Shown here: positions 9,363-17,901 of the stretch, in pieces
Layout: each line of letters starts with the position of its first letter
Numbering within the stretch: the stretch's first letter is position 1
NCBI GenBank assembly: GCA_963725125.1
Contig: CAVRXW010000035.1
Location: 3,567-67,566, forward strand
From: an uncultured Actinomycetes bacterium
GTDB lineage: Bacteria; Actinomycetota; Actinomycetes; Streptosporangiales; Streptosporangiaceae
Direction of reading: 5' to 3'
Length of the DNA: 64,000 nt
The notes under the pieces: generated by a model
Databases searched by the model: none
The model's input: only the letters and a program-made list of their open reading frames with translations
What the model was told of the DNA's origin: nothing
Translations under genes and position numbers: made by a program

Positions 9363-10013
9363 ATGGCGAAGAAAACTGGTCGGGGCCGCGATGGCGAACG
9401 AGATGCCTCGACGCTCAGCGAGAGATCAGCTACCGACCCTCGTGTTGCTCTTTCGCGCGAGCGGGTACTGGCGGCGACGCTGGAACTGCTGACTGAGACC
9501 GGCCTGGGTGGAGTCACCATCGACGACATATCCAAACGCTCAGGCGTCGCCAAAACGACCATCTACCGGCACTGGCCGGGCCGGTCCGCGATCGTCATCG
9601 ACGCGTGTTTGCGGATGACTGACGGTGACGAAGAACCACCGGACACCGGTTCTCTTGAAGGCGACGTGAGGGCCATCCTGACCGACCTCGCCAGAATGCT
9701 CGTTACTGCGCGGTGGTCGTCGATCCTCCCGTCAATCGTCGACGCCGCAGAACGTGACCCGGATATTGCCGAGCTTCACAGCAGGCTCCAACGCTGGCAC
9801 GCGGCTCCGCTGCGAGCGGCCCTGGAAAGAGCGGCTGCCAGAGGGGAGATACCGCCAGAAGCTGACCTCAGCGGGATCGCTGCCGCTTTGCGGGGGCCAC
9901 TCTATTTCCGTCGCTGGTTTTCACGTGAGCCGGTCGACGACAGTTTTGTAGACCTGGTCGTCCACGGCGTCCTCGCCGGAGTGCGCCGAGACCATCCCAC
10001 GCGAAGCGAGTAA
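9363..10013 (+). CDS. TetR-family transcriptional regulator
   Basis: N-terminal HTH TIDDISKRSGVAKTTIYRHWPGRSAIV, length 216 aa. Confidence 0.85.
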   Translation: MAKKTGRGRDGERDASTLSERSATDPRVALSRERVLAATLELLTETGLGGVTIDDISKRSGVAKTTIYRHWPGRSAIVIDACLRMTDGDEEPPDTGSLEGDVRAILTDLARMLVTARWSSILPSIVDAAERDPDIAELHSRLQRWHAAPLRAALERAAARGEIPPEADLSGIAAALRGPLYFRRWFSREPVDDSFVDLVVHGVLAGVRRDHPTRSE

Positions 10014-10309
10014 GTGGGCCGCAGGCGCCAGGCGTGACAAGCTCTGGGCGCGCCTCCTGTTAAGCAAGCCTTGCGGTCGCCACCGACGAACCTGATGGAC
10101 AGGGCTTCCATGGCGGCCGGTGACACCTACCGCTGACACCAACGAACTCGGATATCCCAGACCGCCTGCGGACAGTCGGGCGCGGCTGTCCGGGCCAGCG
10201 ACAATGCCGGACACATGGCACGGACCTTGCAAGCAGAGGATCCAGCAGTCCCGGTCGTGGGGCACATGCCGTCTGCGGGGCGGCTGTTTCAAAGCCGGTG
10301 GGGTACGCG

Positions 10310-11473
10310 CTATCGCACGGTGCCGGGCGGTGCCACCTGCTCGGGATTCCAGGTCGCGCTGCCGTTGACGGCCCAGTAGAAGTCCAGGCCGCCGTTGAAG
10401 CCGGAAGCGGCGATGTTGACATCGTTGCCGTTGGTGGTCATCGACGGTTCGGAGCCGGTGGTGTCTGCGCCCGCGACCTGCTCGGGATTCCAGGTCGCGG
10501 TGCCGTTGACGGCCCAGTAGAAGTCCAGGCCGCCGTTCGCGCCTTCGGCGGCGATGTTGACATCGTTGCCGTCGGTGGTCACCGACGGTGCGGTGACGGT
10601 GGTGACCGTGCCCGCGACCTGCTCGGCGGTCCAGGTTCCGCTGCCGCTGACCTCCCAGTAGAAGTCCAGGCTGTTGCTCGCGCCTTCGGCGGCGATGTTG
10701 ACATCGGCGCCGTTGGTGATCATCGACGGCGCGGAGCTGGTGGTGCCCGTGCCCGCGACCTGCTCGGCGGTCCAGGTCGTGCTGCCGCTGACCCCCGAGT
10801 AGAAGTCCAGGCCGCCGTCCGGGCCTTCGGCGGCGATGTTGACATCGCCGCCGTTCGTGGTCATCGACGGCGCGGAGAACGCGGAAAACGCGGTGCCCGA
10901 GCCCACCACCGTCTGCTTGTGCCATGTGGAGGAGCCATTGACCTTCCAGAAGAACAGCAGGCTGTGGTTAGCGCCCTCGACCGCGATGTTGACATCGTTG
11001 CCGTCGGTCGTGATCGACGGTGCGGAGAGGGCGGTGCCGGCGGCCGCCACCGTCCCCTTGTGCCACGTGGAGGAACCGTTGACCTTCCAGAAGAACAGCA
11101 GGCTGTGGTTGGCGCCCTCGACCGCGATACTCACGTCTTTGCCGTCGGGGATCATTGACGGTGCGGAGAAGGCGGTGCCCGTGCCCGCCACCGTCTGCTT
11201 GTGCCAGGTGGCCGTGCCATCGACCGCCCAGAAGAAAAGCAGGCTGTGGTCAGCGCCCTGGAACGCGATGTTGACATCGTTGCCGTTGGTGATCATGGAC
11301 GGTGCGGTATTGGCCATGGCCGGAGCGGCACTGGCCAGCCCAAGCACTACCACCACCGCAGCCGCAAGCAGGGAACCGGACCCGGGACGCCGTCTCCCCG
11401 CGGGTGAGCCTTTGCCCCGGCACAGCACATCCAGGGCACCAGCGGTGGCCCGTGCGACAATGGTCTTGCGCAT
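10310..11473 (-). CDS. secreted protein with seven ~46-aa tandem repeats (beta-propeller-like)
   Basis: Signal peptide ..LLAAAVVVVLGLASAAPAMA, followed by 7 repeats of PSMxTxGNDVNIAAEGxxxxLxFYWxVxGSxTWxxEQVAG. GAGGAAGGA RBS before the ATG at 11473. Confidence 0.75.
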   Translation of the reverse strand: MRKTIVARATAGALDVLCRGKGSPAGRRRPGSGSLLAAAVVVVLGLASAAPAMANTAPSMITNGNDVNIAFQGADHSLLFFWAVDGTATWHKQTVAGTGTAFSAPSMIPDGKDVSIAVEGANHSLLFFWKVNGSSTWHKGTVAAAGTALSAPSITTDGNDVNIAVEGANHSLLFFWKVNGSSTWHKQTVVGSGTAFSAFSAPSMTTNGGDVNIAAEGPDGGLDFYSGVSGSTTWTAEQVAGTGTTSSAPSMITNGADVNIAAEGASNSLDFYWEVSGSGTWTAEQVAGTVTTVTAPSVTTDGNDVNIAAEGANGGLDFYWAVNGTATWNPEQVAGADTTGSEPSMTTNGNDVNIAASGFNGGLDFYWAVNGSATWNPEQVAPPGTVR

Positions 11474-12197
11474 GGCATCCTTCCTCGGCATTCGGTGCCT
11501 GGTCCCCGTCGTTTGCGAACGTCCCCTGGACGCGATGAGGAGAGCGGCTGCCGTCGCCTACGTTGTAGCTGAGCTGGACCAAGAGGTCGCAGCTGGCCCC
11601 CGAGTGTGACTTCTTGAGCGGACCACCCACGGGCAACGGCGGGGCGTACAGGAGGAAGCCGTCGCCACCCGAGCACGACAACGTTCCGGTGGATGGTGCC
11701 TTGATGGCGATGTAGTCACCCTTGGTGACAGGCAAGTTGACCGGGAAGCTCTGGACGACGTAGTGGTTGCCGCCCGCACCCCCACACGGACTCTGGCCGG
11801 CGTAGGTGATCTCGGGACCATTTGCCACGATCTTGGCCTCTTGGGCGCTCGGGTTGGCCTTGGCCAGCTGGAGCCGGAATTTTCCAGCCACACACGACAC
11901 CAGCTTCACGTGCTTGACGGTTCCCGTCTTCGGGGCCGTGAAATGGCTGCCGTTCTCGAATGCGGTGATGGCCACCCAGGTGCAGGTGGAACCGTGGGGG
12001 ATTCCGTGGTTTTCATCGCACGACTGGCCGTTCTCGGCGTTGGAGGGCTGGCTCTGGGTGGTCAGCTTGGCCCCGAAGAATGTCGGAGTCGTCGCGGTAG
12101 CCGCACTCCCCGATGAGGCGGTCAGGCCCGCCAGGATGAGAGGCGCCACCAGCACGCTCAGCACTTTGAGGAAGTACGACGCAGATCTCTTGCTCAT
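11250..12197 (-). CDS. secreted hypothetical protein (Cys-containing); 3' end uncertain
   Basis: Signal peptide MSKRSASYFLKVLSVLVAPLILAGLTASSGSA, followed by a plausible ~240-aa mature domain. The last ~75 codons (Arg/Cys/His/Gly-rich) overlap the downstream gene by 224 nt and look like out-of-frame read-through. Confidence 0.55.
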   Translation of the reverse strand: MSKRSASYFLKVLSVLVAPLILAGLTASSGSAATATTPTFFGAKLTTQSQPSNAENGQSCDENHGIPHGSTCTWVAITAFENGSHFTAPKTGTVKHVKLVSCVAGKFRLQLAKANPSAQEAKIVANGPEITYAGQSPCGGAGGNHYVVQSFPVNLPVTKGDYIAIKAPSTGTLSCSGGDGFLLYAPPLPVGGPLKKSHSGASCDLLVQLSYNVGDGSRSPHRVQGTFANDGDQAPNAEEGCHAQDHCRTGHRWCPGCAVPGQRLTRGETASRVRFPACGCGGGSAWAGQCRSGHGQYRTVHDHQRQRCQHRVPGR

Positions 12198-12225
12198 GAC
12201 ATGGAACCATCCTTCCCCCGAAGGG

Positions 12226-12244
12226 TTACGAACCTTACGAAACC
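12226..12244. promoter_or_regulatory. tandem direct repeat TTACGAACC / TTACGAAACC in a divergent promoter region
   Basis: Seen directly, 29-47 nt upstream of the secreted-protein ATG (12197) and upstream of the STAND gene. The function is inferred only. Confidence 0.25.
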
Positions 12245-12355
12245 TGGACGTTGGCTTAGCGGAAGGACATGATGACCCCTTCGCTCGGCTTCTGGTCCCA
12301 GGCTCGCGGGCGGCCGGATCGTGCACCATACGCAGCCGCCCACACGAACGCCCAC

Positions 12356-14740
12356 ATGATGACGCGCAGCGCAGGTCCGACGTATTGTTGGCGCAGCGTG
12401 CTCTACTTCAGCGGTGGTGGCGAGGCGCAGTCTGTCGGCTTGCGAAGGGCGTGGGCCTTGACGGAGCAGGAGCAGGGTTCCCTTTCTTTTGCCGGGCTGC
12501 TGCGGCGGCTTCGGGGCGAGGCGAAGCTGACGCAGGAGGAATTGGCGGAGGCGGCGGGCCTTTCCTTGCGGGCGGTCAGTGACCTGGAGCGCGGTATCCA
12601 CCGCACCGCCCGCAAGGACACCGCGCTGCTGCTGGCCGGGGCGCTGGGTATGACCGAGTCGGCGGCCGTGTTGTTCGTGGCGGCCGCCCGCGGGCACACC
12701 CCGGCCGCGGACGCGCTGGCCGTCCTGCGAGGCTCCGGGCGGCGACCGGCCGAGACGATGCCCCGGGTGTGGAACATCCCGGCCCGTAATCCGGCCTTCA
12801 CCGGCCGCGACGATCTGCTGGCCGCGGTGCAGGCGAGGCTGCAGACCGGGCACGCGGCGGTCGTGCAGGCGCTGTACGGGATGGGCGGGGTGGGCAAGAC
12901 CCAGCTGGCGGCCGAGTACGCGCACCGTTTCGCTTCAAGCTATGACCTGACCTGGTGGATCGACGCTGAGCAAGATGGGCTGATCGGGGACCAGGTCGTA
13001 AGCCTCGGGCTGATGCTCGGATGCGTTCCGGCCGGAGCCGGGACCGAGACGGTGCGGGCCGCGGTGCTGGCCGAGCTGCGGCAGCGTGACCGATGGCTGC
13101 TGATCTTCGACAATGCGCAGGCGCCCGCGGATGTGGCGCCATGGCTGCCGGGGGGCGGCGGGCACGTGCTGATCACGTCCCGCCAGCGCGGCTGGGACGA
13201 GGTCGCCACGCCGATCGAGGTCGACGTGCTCACCCGGGCCGAATCGATCGAGCTGCTGCGGCGCCGGGTTCCCCGGCTCACCGAGACCGACGCGAACCGG
13301 CTCGCCGCCGAGCTCGGCGACCTGCCGCTGGCCATCGCCCAAGCCGCCGGGTTCATCGCCGACACCGGCACGCTGGCGAGTCAGTACCTGGGCCTGCTGC
13401 AGACCCGGGCCGGGCAGCTGCTTGACCAGGGCGCGCCGGGCTCCTACCCGCGGTCGCTGGCGGCCGCCACCGCTTTGATAGCAGACCGGCTGGCCGGCCA
13501 CGACCCAGCCGCCGCGGAGCTGGCCAGCCTGTGCGCATTCCTGGCACCCGAGCCGATTCCTGAGTACCTGTTCACCGGCGCCGCCGGCGTGCTGCCTGGC
13601 GAGCTGGCGGCGCGGGCTGCCGACCCGCTGGCCTGGCGGCAGACCCTGGCCAACGTGTCGAGACAGTCGCTGGCCCGCGTCGATCACCGCGGGCTGCAGA
13701 TGCACCGGCTCACCCAGGCCATCCTCCGCGACCGGCTCACCCCGGCCCGCGCCGCCGCCACGCGCCGGTGCACCGAGGCGATCCTGGCGGCCAGCGATCC
13801 CGGCGACCCGCCCGATCCCGGCACCTGGGCCCGGTGGGCGCAGCTGATGCCGCACGTGCTGGCCGCCGACCTGGCCGCCACCGATAACCCGGCACTGCGC
13901 GAGCTAGTTCGCCGCGCGTGCTGGTATCTGATCGAGCGCGGCGATGCCCGTACCGCGCGGGATCTCATGAGCAATCTGCGGCAGCAGTGGCGCGACCGGC
14001 TTGGCGCGGATCATCAGCACACGCTGATGGCCGCGCACTATCTCGCCTGGGCGCTCTGGGAACTGGGCCGCTACGCCGAATCCCGCGACCTGAACCGGGA
14101 CACACTGGAGCGCCATCGCAGCGTCCTCGGTGAAGACCACCCCGACACCCTGAACTCCGCCCACAACCTAGCCATGGACCTGCGAATGCTGGGCGACGCG
14201 CGGGCGGCCCGCGACCTGGACCACGACACCCTGGGCCGCTATCGCCGCTCGCAGGGCCAGGATCACCTCAGCACATTGCGCTCCGCGAGCAACCTGGCCG
14301 CCGACCTGCGCGCGCTGGGCGAGGCGCGGGCCGCCCGCGACCTGGACCAGGACACGCTGGAGCGCCGCCGCCGCGTCCTCGGCCACGATCACCCCGACAC
14401 CCTGAACTCCGCCCACAACCTAGCCATGGACCTGCGCATGCTGGGCGAGGCGCGGGCCGCCCGCGACCTGGACCAGGACACACTGGAGCGCCGCCGCCGC
14501 GTCCTCGGCCACAATCACCCCGACACCCTCAAGTCCGCGAGCAACCTGGCCGCCGACCTGCGCGCGCTTGGCGAGGCGCGGGCCGCCCGCGACCTGGACC
14601 AGGACACACTGGAGCGCCGCCGCCGCGTCCTGGGCCACGATCACCCCGACACCTTCAGCTCCGCGCATAACCTCGCCCTCGACCTGCCCGCGCTAGGCCA
14701 GGCAGCTGATGGCCCGCGGCGGCCGAACAGGGAGCCGTGA
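12356..14740 (+). CDS. STAND NTPase: XRE-type HTH + NB-ARC + TPR repeats
   Basis: HTH LTQEELAEAAGLSLRAVSDLERG, Walker A GMGGVGKT, LLIFDN, and GLPL-like DLPLAIAQAAG, followed by ~8 TPR_10/12-like 42-aa repeats. The start is uncertain (ATG 12356, or TTG 12440/12458). Confidence 0.85.
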   Translation: MMTRSAGPTYCWRSVLYFSGGGEAQSVGLRRAWALTEQEQGSLSFAGLLRRLRGEAKLTQEELAEAAGLSLRAVSDLERGIHRTARKDTALLLAGALGMTESAAVLFVAAARGHTPAADALAVLRGSGRRPAETMPRVWNIPARNPAFTGRDDLLAAVQARLQTGHAAVVQALYGMGGVGKTQLAAEYAHRFASSYDLTWWIDAEQDGLIGDQVVSLGLMLGCVPAGAGTETVRAAVLAELRQRDRWLLIFDNAQAPADVAPWLPGGGGHVLITSRQRGWDEVATPIEVDVLTRAESIELLRRRVPRLTETDANRLAAELGDLPLAIAQAAGFIADTGTLASQYLGLLQTRAGQLLDQGAPGSYPRSLAAATALIADRLAGHDPAAAELASLCAFLAPEPIPEYLFTGAAGVLPGELAARAADPLAWRQTLANVSRQSLARVDHRGLQMHRLTQAILRDRLTPARAAATRRCTEAILAASDPGDPPDPGTWARWAQLMPHVLAADLAATDNPALRELVRRACWYLIERGDARTARDLMSNLRQQWRDRLGADHQHTLMAAHYLAWALWELGRYAESRDLNRDTLERHRSVLGEDHPDTLNSAHNLAMDLRMLGDARAARDLDHDTLGRYRRSQGQDHLSTLRSASNLAADLRALGEARAARDLDQDTLERRRRVLGHDHPDTLNSAHNLAMDLRMLGEARAARDLDQDTLERRRRVLGHNHPDTLKSASNLAADLRALGEARAARDLDQDTLERRRRVLGHDHPDTFSSAHNLALDLPALGQAADGPRRPNREP
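14138..14700 (+). repeat. near-identical 126-bp (42-codon) tandem repeats with 252-bp higher order, inside the TPR domain
   Basis: CACCCCGACACC... recurs at 14138, 14390, 14516 and 14642. The units alternate NSAHNLAMDLRMLG and RSASNLAADLRALG types. Confidence 0.85.
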
Positions 14741-14824
14741 CTGCCTCGCTGCTGAGCTGGGTTTGGTTTCGCCTAATATCCATAATCCCGATGCATCGGT
14801 CCACGCATCAAGGGCCCGGGATGG

Positions 14825-15646
14825 TCAGCGTAGCCAGAAGTCGCGCGGGAGCGCTTCGACGTCGACCGCGGAGGACTCCAGCAGGCCGGCGATCGGCAGG
14901 AGCGCGATGCACGCCGGATCGCCAGCCGCGGCCGCGCGCCGGATGACCCCGGCCTGTCGCCGCGCTCGCTGCGGTACCACCGACCCGAACACCTCACGGT
15001 CGCCCTCGAAGCCGTAGGCGTCGAGCAGCAGATGGAACCGCCGCGGCCGCTCGCCGGCATCCGGCCCGCCCGCACCAGGCGCGGCCGATGGACCCGGCGC
15101 GTCCGACGGACCCGGCGCGTCCGACGGACCCGGCGCGTCCGACGCGAGCGGCACCCAGGGGAGCATCGAGAAGGCCAGATCCCACTCCCGCGACGACGGC
15201 CCGGCGATGTCCCAGTCGTAGAACCCGACCAGCCGCTCGCCGTCCACGACCGCGTTGTAGGGCGCGGCGTCCTGATGGCCGACAATAAGCCCCGGCCGCA
15301 TGGCGCCACCGATGAACCATCGCTCGTCCGCCGGCGGGCGGAAATCGGCGGTCAGGTCGTGCAACCGCCGGAGCCACCGGCCGACCTGCACCAGCATCGA
15401 GTCGGCCGACACCCACGCCGGCCAGGGCATCCGGTCCCCGATGCTCTCGCCCGGCAGGTAGCTCAGCATCTCGCGCCCGGACGAGTCGAAGCCGAGCGCC
15501 CGGGGCGCGCCCGGGAACCCGGCCTCCTCCAGGTACCGCAGCAACGCGTGCACGGTCGGCGTCCACGGCGACGCTCGCTTGTGGATCACGCCATCGATCA
15601 GCACAGCCCCGGTAGTGTTGCCGCCGGGCAGCGGGACTTCGGCCAT
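14825..15646 (-). CDS. aminoglycoside/choline-kinase-type phosphotransferase (APH family)
   Basis: Catalytic loop HQDAAPYN and metal-binding FYDWDIAG. The start was chosen at MAEVPLPGG (ATG 15646). Confidence 0.8.
   Translation of the reverse strand: MAEVPLPGGNTTGAVLIDGVIHKRASPWTPTVHALLRYLEEAGFPGAPRALGFDSSGREMLSYLPGESIGDRMPWPAWVSADSMLVQVGRWLRRLHDLTADFRPPADERWFIGGAMRPGLIVGHQDAAPYNAVVDGERLVGFYDWDIAGPSSREWDLAFSMLPWVPLASDAPGPSDAPGPSDAPGPSAAPGAGGPDAGERPRRFHLLLDAYGFEGDREVFGSVVPQRARRQAGVIRRAAAAGDPACIALLPIAGLLESSAVDVEALPRDFWLR
15090..15143. repeat. perfect 18-bp x3 tandem repeat (encodes SDAPGP x3 on the minus strand)
   Basis: GGACCCGGCGCGTCCGAC occurs three times head to tail inside the APH-like CDS. 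Confidence 0.95.
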
Positions 15647-15763
15647 CCCTCTTGTGTACCGGCTCCCAGCCAGCGGCGACACCGATTAAAACGACATGCA
15701 CCGCCGGCCCGGGACGGCCGTTGCCAGCCCAGCCGGATCGTGTTCCTGGCGCTCCCGGGCCGG

Positions 15764-16360
15764 TCAGTCCTCCTCGGGGCCGGTCTCGGGGAAGGGGCCG
15801 CCCGGCCCCAGGTGGGTGCGCGTGCCGTCGTGGTCGAGGATGCACAGGATCTCCGCGGCTCCCTCTCGCACGCCGAACGCATGCGGCACCATCGTGGAGA
15901 ACTCGGCCGCCTCGCCGGCCCGGACGAGGATGGTCCGCTCGCCCAGCCGCAGCACGATGGTGCCGGACAGGACGGTGAACCAGTCCCGGCCCGGGTGGAC
16001 GCGCAGCCTGGCGGGCACCTTCCTGGTCACCCGCAGCTTCGCGATCGTCATGCCCTGCGGCGCACCGGTCCGCGACAGCAGCCAGATCGTCATGCCACGT
16101 GCCTCGTCCCGGAACGGCCTGATCACCACGTCGGCGTCGTCGTCGGACTCCACCAGCTGGTCAAGCGTGGTGCCGAGCGCCCTCGCGATCGGCGTGAGCT
16201 GATCCAGGGCAATCCGCCGGTGACCGGTCTCGATCCGGCTCAGCGTGGACGGGCTCAGGTAGCTCCGGGCCGCCAGCTCGTCCAGCGACCAGCCCACCGA
16301 CGTGCGCAGACCCCGGATGCGCTGCCGGACAAGAGCGTCCAGGTCGGCGTCTTGCTTCAT
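15764..16360 (-). CDS. XRE-family HTH regulator with C-terminal cupin domain
   Basis: LDELAARSYLSPSTLSRIETG, followed by the cupin part HPGRDWFTVLSGTIVLRLGE...EAAEFSTMVPHAF. The start is at the ATG 16360 inside ORF 15764-17443. Confidence 0.85.
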   Translation of the reverse strand: MKQDADLDALVRQRIRGLRTSVGWSLDELAARSYLSPSTLSRIETGHRRIALDQLTPIARALGTTLDQLVESDDDADVVIRPFRDEARGMTIWLLSRTGAPQGMTIAKLRVTRKVPARLRVHPGRDWFTVLSGTIVLRLGERTILVRAGEAAEFSTMVPHAFGVREGAAEILCILDHDGTRTHLGPGGPFPETGPEED

Positions 16361-16408
16361 ACGCAAGAGCTTATGCCGTAACGGCAAGCCGGAGGTACCG
16401 TCGAGGAC

Positions 16409-17218
16409 ATGGCACACGAACACATGGCTGACCTGCTCGACCTCGACGCGGAGGTCCTCAGCGAGTACCACCGGGAGGTAGCCGAATGGGTCTCGGCAAA
16501 CCTCGCGGAACGAGCCCGCGTCATCGACGTGGGTGCCGGCACGGGCACCGGCACCCTGGCGCTGGCCAGGCAGTTGCCGGACGCCGAGGTGATCGCGCTG
16601 GACGTCAACGAAGAGATGCTGAAACACATCCAGGACAAGGCCCGCGCGTCCGGTCTCTCCGACCGGATCCGCACCGTCCAAGCCGACCTCGATCAGGCAT
16701 GGCCTGATGGCCTGAAGACCGCTGACCTGGTGTGGGCCGCCAACTCGCTGCACCACATGGGCGATCCCGCACGGGCGGTCGCGCAGATCTACCAGATGCT
16801 GCGCCCAGGGGGACTGCTCGCGGTCACGGAGCTGGAGTCGTTCCCGCGTTTTCTCACCGACCCGGCGGGCGCGGCGCTCGAGGAGCGGATCCACACCGCC
16901 ATGGCGCGGGGTCGTGACGAGGCCGGCATGCACATGCATGAGGACTGGCCTGCCCGTTTCGCCGAAGCCGGGTTCGCGGTCGAGTCCGAGCGCCGCTTCG
17001 CTATCGCGCTGCAGCCGCCGCCGGACTCGCCGATGGCCGCCTCCGTGACCCGCTACGCCATGGTCACCCTCTGCCGAGCCCGGCACAGCCTGGAGGACAA
17101 GCTCAGTGCCGGTGACATCGCGGAGCTCGATGCCCTGGCTCCGGCCCTGGCCGCCCGCGACGACCTGACGGTCCGCACCAGCCGTACGGTCTGGCTGGCC
17201 CGCAAGCCCGCCGGATAA
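16409..17218 (+). CDS. class I SAM-dependent methyltransferase
   Basis: Motif I VIDVGAGTGTGTLAL, post-I VIALDVNEEML, and LRPGGLLAV. Confidence 0.85.
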   Translation: MAHEHMADLLDLDAEVLSEYHREVAEWVSANLAERARVIDVGAGTGTGTLALARQLPDAEVIALDVNEEMLKHIQDKARASGLSDRIRTVQADLDQAWPDGLKTADLVWAANSLHHMGDPARAVAQIYQMLRPGGLLAVTELESFPRFLTDPAGAALEERIHTAMARGRDEAGMHMHEDWPARFAEAGFAVESERRFAIALQPPPDSPMAASVTRYAMVTLCRARHSLEDKLSAGDIAELDALAPALAARDDLTVRTSRTVWLARKPAG

Positions 17219-17694
17219 CCCGGCGGAGCCGCCGGCGGGCTGGGCGGCGGCGTCCGTGCGCGGCCGGAGCTGGCGGGGCGATTCGAGCAGGGAGCGGCGC
17301 AGGTCTTGCAGCAGCCGAAGGCCGTCGCTGGTCCTGGTCAGGTCCGCTCGATGAAGTTGGAGTGCCGGATGCTGTGGTGGTTTAAGGTCTTTTGGCAGTG
17401 GCGACGCGCATATCAGTCGTTGAGAAACGAGACCCGGACCCATCGCTGTTCAGCGTAGCGATCACCTTTCGGATAGCCATCTGCGTTTTCGGGCAGTGGC
17501 CCGGGGCCGGACGAGGACATCCGGCCTTAATCCTTGCTGATGGAAGTGCCTGCAGTAGAGGCCTGTCCGCGCGGCGCCAGGGCGGGCCGGGCCAGGACAG
17601 CGCAGGCAGCGACGGTGCAGGCAGCACGGGATGATCTGGCCGTCAGCCGGTGTTGTCCTGTATGGTTGGCCACAGGCGAGGATTCTCCCGCCGT

Positions 17695-17841
17695 AACGGC
17701 GAGCATTTGCCATACGGCCCCGTCCGCCAGGCAAGACCTGATGCGGGCGCAGGCCATCCCGTAGCGGTTCGGCCTTCTCCACTGCTTCTGGATTTCACCA
17801 GGATGCTCGTTTCCCCAGTCGCCGCTGGCGTTCACATTTAG
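17695..17841 (-). mobile_element. possible IS5/IS427-type (DUF4096) transposase N-terminal relic
   Basis: The minus-frame translation ..KQWRRPNRYGMACARIRSCLADGAVWQMLAV resembles the W-R-x-L-P-x-R-Y-G...R-x-R-x-W...DG-x-W-x-x-L signature. This is a motif-level resemblance only and there is no intact ORF. Confidence 0.25.
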
Positions 17842-17901
17842 CCGCCCGGCGCTTCTTCTGGCGTGCCCTATTCCGGGTGCTGCACGAAAGGAATACCCCT
17901 G

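Noticed and set aside
9921-11158. Alternative-frame ORFs across the repeat gene (334 aa minus, 286 aa plus)
   Set aside because: They are periodic only because the DNA is repetitive. They lack a start context and a signal peptide, and they translate to Arg/His/Gln-rich repeats. The frame carrying the signal peptide and the beta-strand-like repeats is the credible one.
14138-14700. Regular 126-bp repeats considered as a possible CRISPR-like or satellite array
   Set aside because: There are no unique spacers. The repeats are contiguous, in frame, and encode canonical TPR units of the STAND protein.
16361-17443. N-terminal extension of the XRE-cupin ORF (15764-17443, 559 aa)
   Set aside because: The extension is antisense to the well-supported methyltransferase gene. 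The regulator has its own ATG at 16360 at the expected distance before the HTH.
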